NCBI GenBank assembly: GCA_028534125.1
Contig: CM052850.1
Location: 16,182,001-16,246,000 of the forward strand
Reading direction: 5' to 3'
Source: Lama glama
Lineage: Eukaryota
Length of the DNA: 64,000 nucleotides
A program made the translations under genes and the position numbers. The notes below the pieces were generated by a model, which was given only the letters and a program-made list of their open reading frames with translations, was not told the origin of the DNA and did not search any database. Positions 10,049 to 30,400 of the stretch are shown here, in pieces (the stretch's first letter is position 1; every line of letters starts with the position of its first letter).

Positions 10049-11802
10049 TAATCCTTCGATTTAAAACCTCTCACCTAGACCCCCCTGTCTGGGGAACACC
10101 CATTCCAAGCTTCTCCCCCACTATTATCTGGGTGCTATTCTGGCCTAAGTTCTGGTAGCCATCTTAGAGCCTGGAACCAGTAGATGTGACAGCCACTTAA
10201 AGGCCTGACAGGTCTTCAACTTGGTAGACATGTGGGCCTTGAGAAACTTTGGTAGCTGTGATACCTGGATTAAATCAAAATGGAATGGAAATCAGGCTGG
10301 ACTGATGCAGGAAACTCACAATCCCAAAATGGGAAAATGAGCATTTTTCCAATAAAACTTTATTTCTACTCTATCTTTAAAATCGTTTCTTCCCTATCCT
10401 GGCTCATTTCTCATATCTCATCTGAAATCACCTTTTCCCAGACACCAGAAATGGCTCCAATTTCTTCTTTATATTAATCAGCCTCTTCAGTCTGGCCTTC
10501 AAGACCCTCACCACTTACGATTACTTTCTTCCCCTTTCTTTCTTGGTGTCTTTTTTTTTTCCTCACGTGGCAAAATGTGCAGGGACAGAGATATGTCTGT
10601 CACTTGCAAGATGACCTTGGACAGGTTAATTAACTTCAAAGAGCCTGAATTTACTCACAGGGTTAGTGAGTAGATCAAATGGTACAATAAGCTGGAAAAC
10701 ATATTGGAAAGTGTAAGTCACCATGCAGTGCAAAGTATTGCAAAGTATGGAGGCTTGCTGGGGTAAGCCTGGGGACTCCAGACCCATTTGGTCAGGGCTG
10801 CTGGGTCACAAGTAGGACTGGAAGCCTCTGATGAGTTTCAGATACTTCCAGGGAACCCTGCCTAGAAACAGGACAGGCATTGACAAGGGGTTTCCTTCAC
10901 TGCTCACCCATGTGTTCGGAGAAGCTGACCTCTTATCTGGACCAGACTTGTTCTCCTTTGCCTTACCCACCTCCAACCCCTACCTGGCCCCTCAGGTCCC
11001 TTTTGCCCCAGAATCCACTGAAAACTCACTGTTCTCATAAAGCCTTCCATTAGGAGTGTCACACAAGCTTTCAACACACCATCCCATTTGTGTGTTTGGC
11101 TTTTCAGCTATACTAATGCCTGTATGTGTGTATATTAAGAGCTGTGCTCACACTTCTCCCTGAAGCCCACTGTCATCTGGATTGGTGACTATTTGGGGTT
11201 GGACAGCCAGGCTTTCCCACAACCCAGCCTTGTTTCAGTTGTCAGACACAGGGGGCCAGGGTGGGTACAGAAGTCATTTCTTGGGTTCAAATGTCTCTGA
11301 ATGTGCCTAGACTCTCAATACATTACTTCCTGCCCCAGTTCCATGCTAGAGAATGAGGAGGTCCTTCCCCAAGTCACAGCCAACATTCATCCCTTAGTCA
11401 AGCAAAACAGCCCTGAAGTCTACTAACCTGTGAACTCTGAAAGGTCAGGAACTGAGTTTGCCTTACTCAAAATGTCTTCAGTATCCAGTCTAGACTAGTA
11501 GAGGCTGAATAAGTATATGTTAAATGAATGAATAACTAGAGTCCAGTCTGTGGTGGCTTTATTGATGACAGTTCCTTTCCATTGTTTAGTAGCAGTTGAA
11601 ATGGAGAAGAGGGGAAGGGTGGTGTAAGTGGGTGAGACTAGAATAAAAACATTGATGAAGAGCATCTGAGGTCTTTGACAGAGAGGTGTCTATTAATGAG
11701 GGGTGGGGGTATAGGGTCATTACAGGGATAGGGTCAGCTGCCAACCATGAGGGCTGGGAGGAGAGTGGAAGAAGGATGTGTCCAAGGGCATCTGTTCTAA
11801 GG

Positions 11803-14698
11803 TTATTGTGGTGGTTTCTCATGCTTCAGGGTCTCATAAGTCTCCTGGTGCCGGGTGCTCAGGCCCTGGAGGTAGATGTCAGAGGATAGTCAGGAGCTTG
11901 AGTCCATCACAGGGCCCATCCCACCCCTACAGGCCCTACCCCTTCCAAAGGTCACTCAAAAGCCCACTCTTTTTTGCTGACTTCCTGGGACTGGGGTAGG
12001 GGGTTGCGGAGGCAGCTTCACTCACCGTGTAAACACCATCTGATTTCTGCAGAGGCAAAAGGGACAAGGCATTAGAGCTCACACCTCTCACAGGGCCTCT
12101 CAGCATCTTCTCACCACCCAGGGAAGTCTCTGGCCAGGGGTGGCCCCCTTGGACCAGAGGGTACTGACATGGATACTCTGGGGCATGAATGCACATTTGC
12201 CCACATGGCTACAAACACATATACATTCAACATACAACTCTCTCATGTACTCATTGTCACACTACACTTGACTCTTCCTCATCACCTGCTGAATATTTCA
12301 CTTGTGACTTGGCTAGGTGGCAGTGTAGTTAGGAGGAGGTGGGAGGGGGACCTCAGAAGCTTATACAGATCAGCACCCTAGTGTCATGTTCCTACCCCCA
12401 GAAGCCACAGACCTCAAGGCTAAAGCCCCAGAATGGCTGAGAGTTTGAAAAATTGTTGAAACCCAGTGGAGGGAGGTTCCATACCTCATAGCTGGCTATA
12501 GCTGCTTTTCGCACCTGGAGCTGGGGTAGGGGAAATATCATTAGTACAGGCGAAGTTAGTGGCCCATCCCCCTTCCCTCCAAACTTTGTAGGGGAACCCT
12601 TTTACTCCCTCTCCTTGAAGCCCTGCTGCCACCACCCTCCCACTTCTCATTCCAAGCCCTCACCCCACCCTGCCCCAACCTTACCTTGAGTCGGCAGTAG
12701 AGCAGGGTGAGGACAATACCATACAAAAACAGGATTGCATCCAGTATATAGCAAAGCTGGGGTTCTCCCAGGGCCGCTGAGGGGATAGAGGGTACCCGTG
12801 GGGTCAGGGGCAGCAGGGAAGATCTGGGACTCAGAGGAGAGAAGGAAAGGGCTCTGGGAGATAGGACAGGGCCTGGAGGGGCACCCTCCAAGGGAAGAAA
12901 CTTCATCTTCCTCTCTGGATTCCTATTTCTCTCACCTTTCCCTCTTTTCCCTCACCCCAGGGTGAGGGTAGGACAGAAAGTGTGAAGGGTTCTGTCGTGA
13001 AGGAACTGATGGGTACTGAGAGCTGAGGACTTCCTCCTCAGCCCCGAACCCTCTTTTTAGCCCTGTGGGTTCCTCAGGCACCATTGAGCACTCCATAGTC
13101 CTCAAGGGGCCCATTTGAGTTCACTGAACTAAGACTAAAACCTCAGCCTTCGAGGGGTAGTGGGGGGCGGGCAGTGACAAATTTCAGAGACGAAACCACA
13201 GGAGTGTCTCTGCTAAGTCCTGTGACCTGTGGCTGAGGGCTGGACAGGAAGGATGTGAGCTGGGGAAGGGAGGGAAGGCAATCACTCTATTATTGGTCAT
13301 CTAGCCTCAGCCACATCACTTTCCGTCCTCCTACAAGACACTTAAATATATAAAAACAAGATGTCACTTTCCTTGGCTTTATAGCTACCGATGGCTCTGC
13401 ACACAGGCTGAATGTGTCTTAGCCCAGGTTCAGGAGAATGACCACAAGCTGTATGGATTCCGGCTCTGAGTACTCTGCCCTGTTACTCACTCACTCTGGG
13501 CCACTGAGAGAGGAAGTTTTGTGCAATTAAAAAAAATCAAATAAGGTTTGAGCTCCAGCTTCTAACAGCTCCAACTCTTTATCAGAAGAGCTCATGGGCG
13601 TGTGACTGGTACCCGTATATAGTATGTTTTACTCTGTGGCGCTCTTTCACACACAATATTGCATAAATCTCAAAACTTCCCTGTGAGGGAAAGAAACGTC
13701 ATCGCCATTTTGTAGGTGATAAAACCAGGGCTCAGAAGAGCTAAGTAGATTCGGGCCAGAGTTAAGTGACAGAGCTGGAACTCAAATCCAGGTTTTCTGC
13801 TTTCAAAGTTTGTGCCATCTCTTTTCTGCCTCAGTGCCCCAGGTTGCTCATCTCAGGGCAGCAGACTGGCCGCTTACTTAATCCTTTTCCCCACCGTCAC
13901 AGCTGGGCTGGTGGAATTCCATCTCAGTCCATCTCTTTTAATTTCCCCACTTTCCCTTAAGTTTCACTAACCCCTTCCTCTCCAAACCTCAGCTGTAACT
14001 ATCCCTCTTCAAAACACAGACAGACAACTCAAAGAGAGCAGCAAGTGAGATTTCAGAGGGTGAAGCCTCAGAGCTGAAGGGACCTTTCCATTTCTGCCTC
14101 AACTTCTCAGCGGATGCTCGGGTCTCTAGAATTGGGCATTGTACGCTGCCCACCCTCGTATCAGCTGTTGACGTGATGGGGTTTCTTAGTGATGACCCAC
14201 AGAAGCAGCAATGAAGTGTTTTGACTATCCTTGCCTCACTCCTGAAGACAAGGGCAGGCCCCTGCTTTCCTAAAAGGGACTTAATAAATATTATTTAACC
14301 AACTAGAGATCAGCTCCCAGTGGGCATGACCAAAGGCACCCCACAGAAATTACTGACCATGGGAAATGGAGTTTTCCCCAGACCAGCTTTTTGTATCATA
14401 CCACCACTCCCCTCCTCTGCCAAACTGAAGCCTTACACGTACATCAGGCCTGAGAAAGCAAGAAGGGGACAAGAAAGGCAGAAACTATGATTCCTGTACC
14501 CTGAGGACTGGATAGGACAGACTCCGGGTCTCCGTGCCCATCTAGCCGGGGCCAGCCTTCCTCCGTCTGTCCCTGCCTCGGCCGTCAGACACAGGCCCTT
14601 GACTCCCACCCTGTAGCCCAGCTCACTGTCCCTCATCAAACCCTCTCACCTGCTTGTTCAACCAAAAGGAGTAAGAGGAAGACCACTGCTGGAATCAT
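11803..14698 (-). CDS. FCER1G: Fc receptor common gamma chain, 86 aa
   Basis: Exons 14698-14650, 12776-12685, 12520-12485, 12046-12026, 11865-11803 total 261 nt: [98 protein letters not shown]; AATAAA on - at 11558-11563. Confidence 0.98.
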
Positions 14699-15491
14699 CT
14701 TGGGCAGGGGCTAAGTGGCCGTGAGCTGGGATCGGACGCTCTGACAGCACTGCGCAGCTGTGCTCTGCCAGCGAGCAGCTCCCTGACCACAGTTCCCCCC
14801 TTCCTGCCACGCCTTCCCCCAGCTCTGGCCCCTTCCCCTTCCTGCACTAGAGACCGGGCGGCTCCCGGAAGGACCAACTAAGGGAGCTAAGAGACCTGGG
14901 TTCTTATGCCTCTGTCCTTCAGTGACCAATCCCCTGCTACCAGGGAAAGAGGGGGCTCCCATGTTTGGGAAGCCCTGTTCATTGACAGATCCATGATAAA
15001 CTGCCCCTCGAGATTCTAAGACCCCACAATAGCCTGCTTCTCTCCCATCTGGAACTTTGTACCCAATCTTGATTTGAGTTTACCAATTAATGAGGGCGGG
15101 AAGGGTTGGGGAGGGGGGGAAGGGAGGGGAAAACAGGAAACGAGGAATAGAGAAGTGGAAAGGCAAAGAGTCAGAAAAGGGGGCGGAGATGAACAGGAAA
15201 AATTGCTAAGGACTGAGTCTAACAGAGAAGTGGACAGTTAACAAATACTCATCAAGTTTCCCATCAAAGTGAAAGACAATAAGATACTGAGAAAGACATA
15301 CCAGACGTCTGTGCATGGGGCCAGAAGGTGGCTAATTTATTATAATTTCTCTTTTTTCAGTACATGCACAGAAAGCCTGACAACTAAGCATTCATGTACG
15401 TGTACACACACACACAGAGGCCCATTTCCAACAATGGACAGACTCCGCAAACGATGCAGGCAGGCAGGGAGATCCAATGCTGTCCCTCTGC

Positions 15492-24150
<8,659 letters not shown>

Positions 24151-27100
24151 TAGCCCTGCTCTCCTAAGTTAGCGCCAGACTTTGCCAATAACCTCCCTGT
24201 CCCTCAATCCAAAAGATTTGGAGCAGGGAAAGCCAGCTAATTTCCAGATGGCCTAAATGGATTGGGAAAGGGGTCCCAAATGGGGCTGGGCGGGTCTGAG
24301 AGCTCCAGCCAAACCAAAACTAAAAAAAAAAAAAAGTAGGACGCCAAGGCCACCAGCATTGGGGCCGGCTGCCAGGGTGTGCAGGAGCCACCTCACCCCA
24401 GTTGAGGAGAGAAGATCCCTTATGGGTAACCCTGATATCTGCCAGGCTTCCACAGAATTACAAACCCAGGCAGTGGCTTGCACTCCACTTCCATCCTGGG
24501 TCAGTCTCTTTTACCTCATATCTTTCTGACCTGGCCTCAGTCCCCGCCAACGGCATAGAACCACTAGGAGTCTGATCCCAATTCTGTATGAAAGAGACAA
24601 AGAAGACTTCTCCAGCCTTGGAGCTAGTTCCTGTTCTCTCCCTCTGTCCCCAAGCCCAGCTCCAGCTGGGCCACCCGTTTAGTTTGCACATCCCTCCCAC
24701 TTGGGGCCTGGAAAGAGGCCTTCCCCAGATCTCCCCTAGACAGGGTCCCTGTGGCAGGGTGGAGCAGACAGACCAGGAGAGTGGCAGAGACAGAATTCTT
24801 AGCTGCAAAGAAAGAGAGCAAAGCCAGACTTCTAGCCTGGGAGTTGACCTAATGGGAACTGTACCAAAGGGTGGGGCCATATCCCTGGCTGCGGGAACTG
24901 ACTGGAACCTGGGTAGGCTGGGAAGTCCCCACAGAGCCAGACAGAGGCCCTGCCCCCCTGCCCTCCTCATTCCCCAACCTCTTCCTGGACCTTCTCTCCC
25001 TCTATAGTTGGAACACAGTGAATACGGTGATAGCGAGGGAGGACAAATGAGGAGAACTGCATCTATTTGCCCTAATCCATCCTGGAAGAAGTCAGGACAG
25101 ACTCTGAGCTGCTTGGCCCAGGGGGCAACTTGAGCTGCAACTAGGGTGAGGGATCCTGGGGGCTGTCTAGGACACTGAATCTTTTGTGCCTTCTCCTTGC
25201 TGCCAGCACCCCACACACACACTGCTGTTGGGACTCTAAGGCCCTTTGTCTGTCACTGCTTAGTCACCCCCTTTGTCCTCATCTCAGTTAGGGGGGTGGA
25301 AAGGGGCAATAAGAGTCCTCTGGTGATAGCTCCTCTTGCCCCTGCCCCTTCTGGTCTCCCATCCTTTGTCTGACTCCTGCAGCCCCAACCCCCTCCATTT
25401 AGGACTAGGGTCAGGGCATGTGGTGGTCAAGAGGTGGGTCTAGCAGTCAGAAGTGGGTGGGTGATACAGGAAGTGATGGACACCAAGGCAGGTATTAGTG
25501 ACCTGAGCAGGAAGGGAGTGGGAAAGGAAGTACAATGGCGGATGTGATGTGGAGCACAGGAGGTGACAAGGCAGAGAGTGAATAGAATGGGGGCAGGGGC
25601 AGGTGGTCTGCCTCCGGGAAAGGAAAGTGCTGACTGTACTCTCCTTCCTGGGGATATCCTGGGGAAAGGAGTGGCCATAGCATGGGGTGAGCAGAAATTG
25701 CCCCTACTTCTGAACCCTTTACTTCCTTGCCTTGAGAGTCCACCCCTAAGACTTTGCTGATTTCTCTCCGGTCCAGAACCAAGGGAATCATTTTGCTTCC
25801 TTTCCCTAACACTGCCTCTTCCTTCCCAAGCACTCTCCCCATCCCAGGCACTGGGTTTCTTTTTCTCTCAGTACCCTGATTTTTCTGTGAACACAGTGCT
25901 GCATACACCCTCTCCCTGTCCCCTGGGGAATGAGAAATAAAAGATTACTAGACATTCCAGGAACTGTAGGGTTCTTGCTGGGACAAGGTGGAGCCAAAAA
26001 AGGGAACCAGGTGGGGATTCCCTCCTTTGTATTGACACTGGGTTCCTGAGAGGGAGAAAATCATTCCTGTGCTGGGGACTGTCTGACTTTAGGCTGGAGG
26101 AGGGTTCAGGGCAGTTGGGAGTGGGTAGGAGCAGGGCCAAAAGCCTGGGGGAAGCTACTGGGAGCTGGGCCAGAGAAATGGGGAGTCAGGAAGTGGGAAG
26201 GGGGAACCCTGGAGGGAATGGAGGCTTAATGGCTGTTTGGGCTTTGGAGGGGGTGGGGAGTGGTAACTTAGGAAGGGGGAGCCAGAGGGAGAGAAGAGAC
26301 ATTAGGGAAGAGGATGTACCACTCTGGATCTTCCTTCTATAAAAGGAAAAGTTATTAACCCTTCCTGCCTTGTCCTCTGCCCACTCCATGTGCCCATTCT
26401 AAGCAGACTCATCCTACCTTTGGGCAGTACACTCCCTGGTCACTGTCTCCTTGCCTGCCCCCACTCCCTGCCTCCTGTACTCTCTCCAGCTTCTTGGTCC
26501 CATCCTGAGCCATGTCAAACCACCTCCTTTCTTTGTTCTGCCTTCCTGGATGCTTCCTTACCTGTTCCCCACCCTCTTTCCCTAGCAGCTCATTCAGTTC
26601 CCTCAGCCCTGGAAACCAGCCTCTAAGGGCAGAGGGCAGCAGAGGGATCCCTGAGAAAAAGGAAGCCGTGCCAGGTTAGATAGTGAGAGCGAGAATTCTC
26701 CTGGGACCATGGTCCTTTCTGTGCGTATTGGTTGGGCCCTTTCCCTGACTTCCTACCCCTCCTGGGGCTCTGTCCCACCAAAAAGGGAAAGAGACAGTTG
26801 AGAGCCGACAGTAGAGTTTGGGAAAAGGCTATGTCATCAGCTGGCCCAGTGCCTGTGATCCATCCGGCTGCTAGAGATTCCCCTCCCCTGGGCAAGTCCC
26901 ATTTTTTTTTCAAAGGAAAACAAAAATTAGGAGTTTGGGAAGCAATGAGACACTCATTTGAGTCCTACCAACAAAGCTCCTGGCTGAATGGCTTATAGCT
27001 CAGCCAATCGTAGCAGCTCGATACGATTAAAAGAGCTGGCGCGGACAGAGGCTGGGAAGAACCCACAGGGAGACCCACAGAAACACAGACACAGGAGAGA

Positions 27101-27487
27101 GAGGAGGAGAGAGACAGAGACAAAGGCTTGGCGGCAGAAGGAGGCAGAGAGAGGGCAGGCACAGAGCAAAGGCAGACAGAGTCTGAGAAAGTGCAGAGGG
27201 AAAGGGCCGAGAAGCTGCAGAAGACACGGGCAAGGAGAGACAAAGATCCAGGAAAGGGACTGTGGGAGGAGAGTTTGGAGGAGCCAGACAACTAGGCACC
27301 TCTCCTAAGCCTAAGAGCCAAGTTTTCTCCATCTCCTCTGAAGGTCCCCAGCCCCTCTGAAAACTCTGCTTCTGACCCTGGCATGAGTCCGAGCCCCCAG
27401 GCTACAGAGAGGAGCTTTCCAAAGCCAGGGCAGGGAGGACTTGGTGCCCAGACGGCCTCAGTCCCTCCCAGCTGCAGCACCAGTGCC

Positions 27488-30400
27488 ATGTCCCGGACGG
27501 ACTCGCATCCCGGGAGGGGCTTGGCGGGGTGCTGGCTGTGGGGAATCCAACCCCGCCTGCTGCTCCCCACTGTGCCCGTCTCAGGGCTGGTGCTGCTGCT
27601 CCTGCTGCTGCTGGCCTCCCTCCTGCCCTCAGCCCGGCCGGCCAGCCCCCTTCCCCGGGAGGAGGAGATCGTGTTTCCAGAGAAGCTCAATGGCAGCGTC
27701 CTGCCTGGCTTGGGCGCCCCTGCCAGGCTTTTGTACCGCTTGCCAGCCTTTGGGGAGACGCTGCTACTAGAGCTGGAGCAGGACCCAGGCGTGCGGGTTG
27801 AGGGGCTGACGGTACAGTACCTGGGCCAGGCGTCTGAGCTGCTGGACAGGGCAGAGCCCGGCACCTACCTCACTGGAACCATCAACGGAGATCCGGAGTC
27901 GGTGGCATCTCTGCACTGGGATGGGGGAGCTCTGTTAGGGGTGCTGCAGTATCGAGGGACCGAACTCCACATCCAGCCCCTGGAGGGAGGCACCCCTAAC
28001 TCTGCCGGGGGGCCTGGGGCTCACATTCTACGCCGGAAGAGTCCTGCCAGCGGCCAGGGCCCCATGTGCAACGTCAAGGCTCCTCCCGGGAATCCCAGCC
28101 CCAGCCCCCGAAGAGCCAAGGTAGGCAGCCCTGGAATCTGTGTCCTGTAGTGTCCTCCTGCCATGTATGTCCTACTGACCTCTATTCACCTTCTCTCCAC
28201 CCACTTTACTTCTGGCTATTCTGCTTCTTCCCTCCCTTCTGCCTGCTTTTTTCTCTTTCCACTAGCGCCTTTCCTGGAAGGCTCTGGCTTCTCCCTGCCC
28301 CAACCCTTCTCCTAGCCAGACTGCTGATCCCAGGGGGCTTCCCAGAGGTGGATCAGAGACTCTGTGCTGGGAATGACCACTCCACTCCCTATCCCCACCC
28401 CACCCCTGCTGGCCATGGCATCCTACTGACACAGTCCCCAACAATGAAGCCCTCCTAACAGCCCTTTGGCCTTGACTGTTTTCTGTGCCCCAAATTTGAT
28501 TTTCACTCCCATCACTAGCTAGAGGAGTGAGGTTTGAGGCCCAGGGAATTGGCCTCTGGATTCGGATGCTGCCTTCAAAATTGTCCTGGCACACTGCAGA
28601 CTAGGGCAGGAGTGGACAGGGGAAGAAAGGCATCCTGAACCCCCTCCTGGTCAGTCCCCTCCCCACACTGTGNNNNNNNNNNNNNNNNNNNNNNNNNNNN
28701 NNNNNNNNNNNNNNNNNNNNNNNNNNNNNNNNNNNNNNNNNNNNNNNNNNNNNNNNNNNNNNNNNNNNNNNNNNNNNNNNNNNNNNNNNNNNNNNNNNNN
28801 NNNNNCGCTGAGATCTGGCCCTGGCCCTAGCTGCTGACTGAATTGTTCCTCCCACCACACAGGGCAGACACGTTGCAGCCCAGCCTTCTAGCCCCAGTCC
28901 TGCAGGCCCCAGCCACACTCAGGCCTGGGGGACCCCAGAGTCCCTCCCAGAGGCAGTCCCAGCCGCTTTTCACCAGGGGGGCCCACATAGCCCTGGGACG
29001 TGGCATCCCCATCTCTTCCCCTTCTTAGAATCAACAGATAATTTCTCAGAGTAACCACAAAAGCCCTGGGATTTGGGGTTGAGGGGAAGGCCCAACCAAG
29101 ACCCATCAGGAATCCCGTGGGATGGATATATGTGGACCAGCTGTCTCTGCTGAGTTCCAGACCCAGGAAGTAGGGGAGGGGAAAAGTGATCCACGGGTCT
29201 GGGATATTTCAGTATCTTCCACTATTTTTTCCTCTCCAGCGCTTTGCTTCACTGAGCAGATATGTGGAGACTCTGGTGGTAGCAGATGACAAGATGGCGG
29301 CATTTCATGGTGCAGGGCTAAAGCGCTACCTGCTGACAGTTATGGCAGCAGCGGCCAAGGCCTTTAAGCACCCCAGCATCCGCAACCCCGTCAACTTGGT
29401 GGTGACTCGGCTAGTGATTCTGGGGCCGGGTGAGGAAGGGCCCCAAGTAGGGCCTAATGCTGCCCAGACCCTGCGCAGCTTCTGTGCCTGGCAGCGAGGA
29501 CTCAACACCCCCGAGGACTCGGACCCTGACCACTTCGATACAGCCATTCTGTTTACCCGTCAGGTGAGGCCCTAATCAGCACCACAGGCCATGCACTGCA
29601 GGACTCCAAGAAGCACCACTGCATCAACTGTGATGTAAATGGTGCCTCTGGAGTTGTTCAGCATGGTACCTGGCCCCAGACACTCTATCAATGCTTTCTG
29701 GGCCCTGATGATGCTGGGTACTCAGTGCCCAGGTCCCCAGTAATCTGGATCTCAGCCCAGTGGACCCTGGTGTCTTGGTTCCTCATGCATCTTCCATGAT
29801 CCCTCTCCACAGGACCTGTGTGGGGTCTCTACTTGTGACACTCTGGGCATGGCTGATGTGGGCACTGTGTGTGACCCGGCTCGGAGCTGTGCTATCGTGG
29901 AGGATGATGGGCTCCAATCAGCCTTCACTGCTGCTCATGAACTGGGTACGTTAGGGGTGTGGTCATGGGCCACCTGTAATGGGTGAAAGAGGTATCACAG
30001 GGTGAGGTGAGGAGACAGTGAGCTCACCAGGGTGCAAATGGGAGTCATAAAATGTTTCTTCCTCCTCCCCAGCCCTAGGTCTGGGGCCATTATCCTTTTT
30101 CACTCTGGGTATAGACAAACATTTAGATTTTTCTATTAAATGAGATGATGTGTAGAAAGCTACTGTGAACTCTTTGTGTGTGTTTGTGGGAGGAGTGGTG
30201 CAGTATTGAGAGAGAGATTATTCACAAGAGTCAGTGATGGAGTGGGTGGTGTCAGGGCTGGGATGCTGGCTATAAGAAAAAGTGGGTAGGGAGAGGCCCT
30301 GAGGGTATGATGGGAGGAGGTGAGACAGAGTAATGAGGGCTAGATATTGAGAAGCCCTCAGAGGATCAGAAGAGGATTTCGGGCAGGGTGGGATGGGGAA

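Noticed and set aside
24458-25222. 254-aa minus-strand ORF between NDUFS2 and ADAMTS4
   Set aside because: Non-ATG start, no recognisable domain or splice structure; consistent with a chance ORF in GC-rich DNA.
27292-27864. 190-aa ORF antisense to ADAMTS4 exon 1, and similar shadows over USP21, B4GALT3 and the AAMDC copy
   Set aside because: Explained by codon bias of the real sense-strand CDS.
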